Shown here one piece after another: positions 9,243-11,363 of a DNA stretch of 11,363 nucleotides. Source of the DNA: Rotaria sp. (taxonomy: Eukaryota); NCBI GenBank assembly GCA_905331525.1, contig CAJNZF010000223.1, positions 71,606 to 82,968 on the forward strand, in the 5' to 3' direction. Below the pieces are notes generated by a model. That model was not told where the DNA came from. It did no database searches and worked only from the letters and a program-made list of their open reading frames with translations. The position numbers were made by a program, and so were the translations under genes. The first letter of the stretch is position 1, and each line of letters begins with the position of its first letter.

Positions 9243-10273
9243 TCATTGACGACGTGCAGCTTCAAGTAGACGCAAGATTTCAATAAATAAACGTGTTATA
9301 TCAAGATATATTTGTATTGCTGCATCGATATATTCTTCTGGTGAAGTTTTACGCATTATTTGTTGTGTATCATAAACTAAATAAAGACTAAATACAAGTG
9401 CACCACTTAATGCAAGACCCAATTCCATCACTGAACTTCGAGCGACAATCTATCAGAACAAAAAAACAAACAAGTTTCTTACAAAAAAATCTTTCCTTAC
9501 TTGAATTAAACCTCCAGCAATTAAAACGCATAAAAGTGCGTATAAACTTGCACCCATAGCTGAAAAATCCCGCTTTGTTTGAAATGTATATAATGTTAAA
9601 CCTCCAACGATAACAGCAGTTAAAATAATTGCTTGTATAACTAAGATTTTGTCAAAAAATGAAACAAATGTACCAATTGTTAATGATTCAAAAAATGTAA
9701 AAAGTGCGAGTAATGCAAAATTTGTTGGATATTCTAAACGTTTAAGATATACAGCAAATAAGCTAACCATTGTTGCCAAAAATAATAGAAGAAGAAAACC
9801 AGGATTATTTTGAAAAAATAGTTTTACATTTTCGAATGACATTATTACTGTTGATACAAGAGCAACGAAACAAAGTTGAGTTGCAACAATACCATAAACC
9901 TTGCGTAAAAATTCTATAAAATCATATTAATGAAAAGAAGATAATGAACATAGAATGTTGTTCAACTTACGCATGCGTATGTAAACGTGACATGACGCCA
10001 CATTACTACCGTACATAAAATCGTTTTCAATCGAACTACGTCCTATATCAGTCATTGCTTTATAAGCAAGATCTAGAAAAATAAATGTGAACACTTTTTT
10101 TTCTTATTAACAGATGGGGAAAAAATGGTCTCAATTTATTCTTCTTCGTTAGTTGTTACTTCCATTAGCATGATGAATAGCTTCATAAACAAGCTTGATA
10201 AAAATATGACTGTTCTTTTTTTACCTTTTTTTCTTGCTTTCAGTTTTTTTCCTACATAGGTGACATTATTCAT
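9243..10273 (-). CDS. TMBIM4: Lifeguard/TMBIM family (BAX inhibitor-1 superfamily) protein, LFG4-like
   Basis: Exons on minus: 9243-9449, 9501-9913 and 9971-10072 are well supported; 10225-10273 is tentative. Introns 9450-9500 (51 nt, gtaagg...gatag), 9914-9970 (57 nt, gtaagt...tatag) and 10073-10224 (tentative). Product: (MNNVTYVGKKLKARKK)[48 protein letters not shown]...KLFFQNNPGF...YPTNFALLALFTFFESLTIGTFVSFFDKILVIQAIILTAVIVGGLTLYTFQTKRDFSAMGASLYALLCVLIAGGLIQIVARSSVMELGLALSGALVFSLYLVYDTQQIMRKTSPEEYIDAAIQIYLDITRLFIEILRLLEAARRQ*. Hallmarks: IRMxFLRKVY, LTxYTxQxKxDF, YDTQxIMxKxSPEEYxxAAIxxYLDIxxLFxxxLRxLE. Exon lengths sum to 771 nt (257 codons including stop). Confidence 0.93.
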
Positions 10274-10358
10274 GATTTTTTTTAATATTGTAACCTTCGT
10301 AACAGCAAATCCTAGATGAATTCAAATAGATGGCAGTCATTTCTTGTACACTATTTAA

Positions 10359-10706
10359 AATAATCAAGAATTTCGATATTTTCAAAGCAATTTGAAAGAA
10401 AGTGATGCCAACACTAGTGAAAGTATTCAGTTTACGATAGTGGAACGTGTATTCTGTTACCAGTATGTCACAGATATTTTTTTAGTACTTGGATCATTTT
10501 GGATACTCAATTAGCTAATTCGTAGAAACTTTATCTATGAGGAATGTCACACAGGAGCCAAATACTTCATCAGACACTTTGCCGTTTCTCTCGACTATCC
10601 AGATACCGAGACACTTTTCAGCAAGGCGCTGGATCAAATATCTGTAATGTACTCGTCACTATCGGACTTCTTTGACATGAGACATTTGGACTTCTATATT
10701 ACTTAA
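10359..10706 (+). pseudogene. Unidentified coding-like segment interrupted by a single in-frame TAG (10512-10514)
   Basis: One frame reads NNQEFRYFQSNLKESDANTSESIQFTIVERVFCYQYVTDIFLVLGSFWILN*LIRRNFIYEECHTGAKYFIRHFAVSLDYPDTETLFSKALDQISVMYSSLSDFFDMRHLDFYIT*. The second block is non-repetitive and GC-richer than its surroundings. No family identified. Confidence 0.3.
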
Positions 10707-10926
10707 CATACATTTCATTGTATTCACTAAGACAAGTAAAAAGTGTTAAAATATACTTGTCATACTGAATCAATGAAAGAAGACATATCGCATAGACAAT
10801 TAAAATGGACTTGGTTTCGCATTTATAAAGACAAGAAGAACATTTTTCTGTTCTATAAATGATAGAATTTGTAACATCTTAGTGTAATCTTACCTATCGT
10901 TATTGACTTAATATAATGGACGAACG

Positions 10927-11070
10927 GCCTCTTGGATATTACGATTTGTGTCATTGGTGGACCTTATTGACAATTCCTTTGCTATCTATAAACATGCATA
11001 CAAAAATGGACAATACAATAGCTTATTCTTTGCTAAGGATAGTGCGTTGTCTTGTCACCTACACTTTTCA
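10927..11070. repeat. Left arm of a perfect 144-bp inverted repeat
   Basis: GCCTCTTGGATATTACGATTTGTG...GTCACCTACACTTTTCA matches, base for base, the reverse complement of 11220-11363 on manual comparison. Confidence 0.97.
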
Positions 11071-11219
11071 TTTGTTCAACCATCCTTTCACGTTGACAAG
11101 TATTTGATTAACAACGGCATCAATGCTATGAGCTGATTTAAAAACAATGGTTGTATATCAACAAGGTTTTATTCGTAGGAAGAGCAACAATGTTTACAAA
11201 AAAAATCCATCAAAAATAG

Positions 11220-11363
11220 TGAAAAGTGTAGGTGACAAGACAACGCACTATCCTTAGCAAAGAATAAGCTATTGTATTGTCCATTTTTGTATGCATGTTT
11301 ATAGATAGCAAAGGAATTGTCAATAAGGTCCACCAATGACACAAATCGTAATATCCAAGAGGC
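11220..11363. repeat. Right arm of the perfect 144-bp inverted repeat, truncated by or ending at the window edge
   Basis: TGAAAAGTGTAGGTGACAAG...AATATCCAAGAGGC is the reverse complement of 10927-11070. The spacer is 11071-11219 (149 bp). Confidence 0.97.

Noticed and set aside
10916-11136. Two overlapping ORFs (63 and 62 aa) within the inverted repeat
   Set aside because: They lie in different frames over the same bases and run from the repeat arm into the spacer. Neither has family support, so they are probably incidental.
10927-11363. Inverted repeat interpreted as a complete TIR transposon
   Set aside because: The 149-bp interior encodes no transposase and no target-site duplication can be examined because the right flank is outside the window. 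A non-autonomous element remains possible but is not demonstrated.
1-11363. CRISPR array, operon-like defence cluster, rRNA or tRNA genes
   Set aside because: No regularly spaced direct repeats, compact co-directional gene cluster, rRNA core motifs or cloverleaf with A/B boxes were seen by eye. The splice-site structure indicates eukaryotic DNA.

Overview
AT-rich, intron-bearing eukaryotic DNA that is mostly non-coding. Short introns (about 50-60 nt) and the gene and pseudogene content suggest a small-genome invertebrate, possibly a bdelloid rotifer; this is inference only. The best-supported gene is a minus-strand Lifeguard/BAX-inhibitor family gene (TMBIM4/LFG4-like) at about 9243-10273, with four exons reconstructed from splice signals, reading phase and remembered family conservation. 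It converges tail-to-tail with a single-exon plus-strand ORF (8364-9134) encoding a polar, Q-rich protein with a C-terminal hydrophobic anchor. A minus-strand exon at 3976-4487 encodes one transmembrane helix followed by a cytosolic tail with two PPxY motifs. Three regions look like decayed or unannotated coding sequence that the ORF track misses: an ADP-ribosyltransferase-like remnant at 1650-2109 (+), a CNPPD1/cyclin-like remnant at 6677-7004 (-), and unidentified coding-like blocks at 7049-7663 (+) and 10359-10706 (+). The right end is a perfect 144-bp inverted repeat (10927-11070 / 11220-11363) around a 149-bp spacer, ending exactly at the window boundary. I found no CRISPR array, rRNA, recognisable tRNA or intact transposase, and no convincing multi-gene defence-like system.
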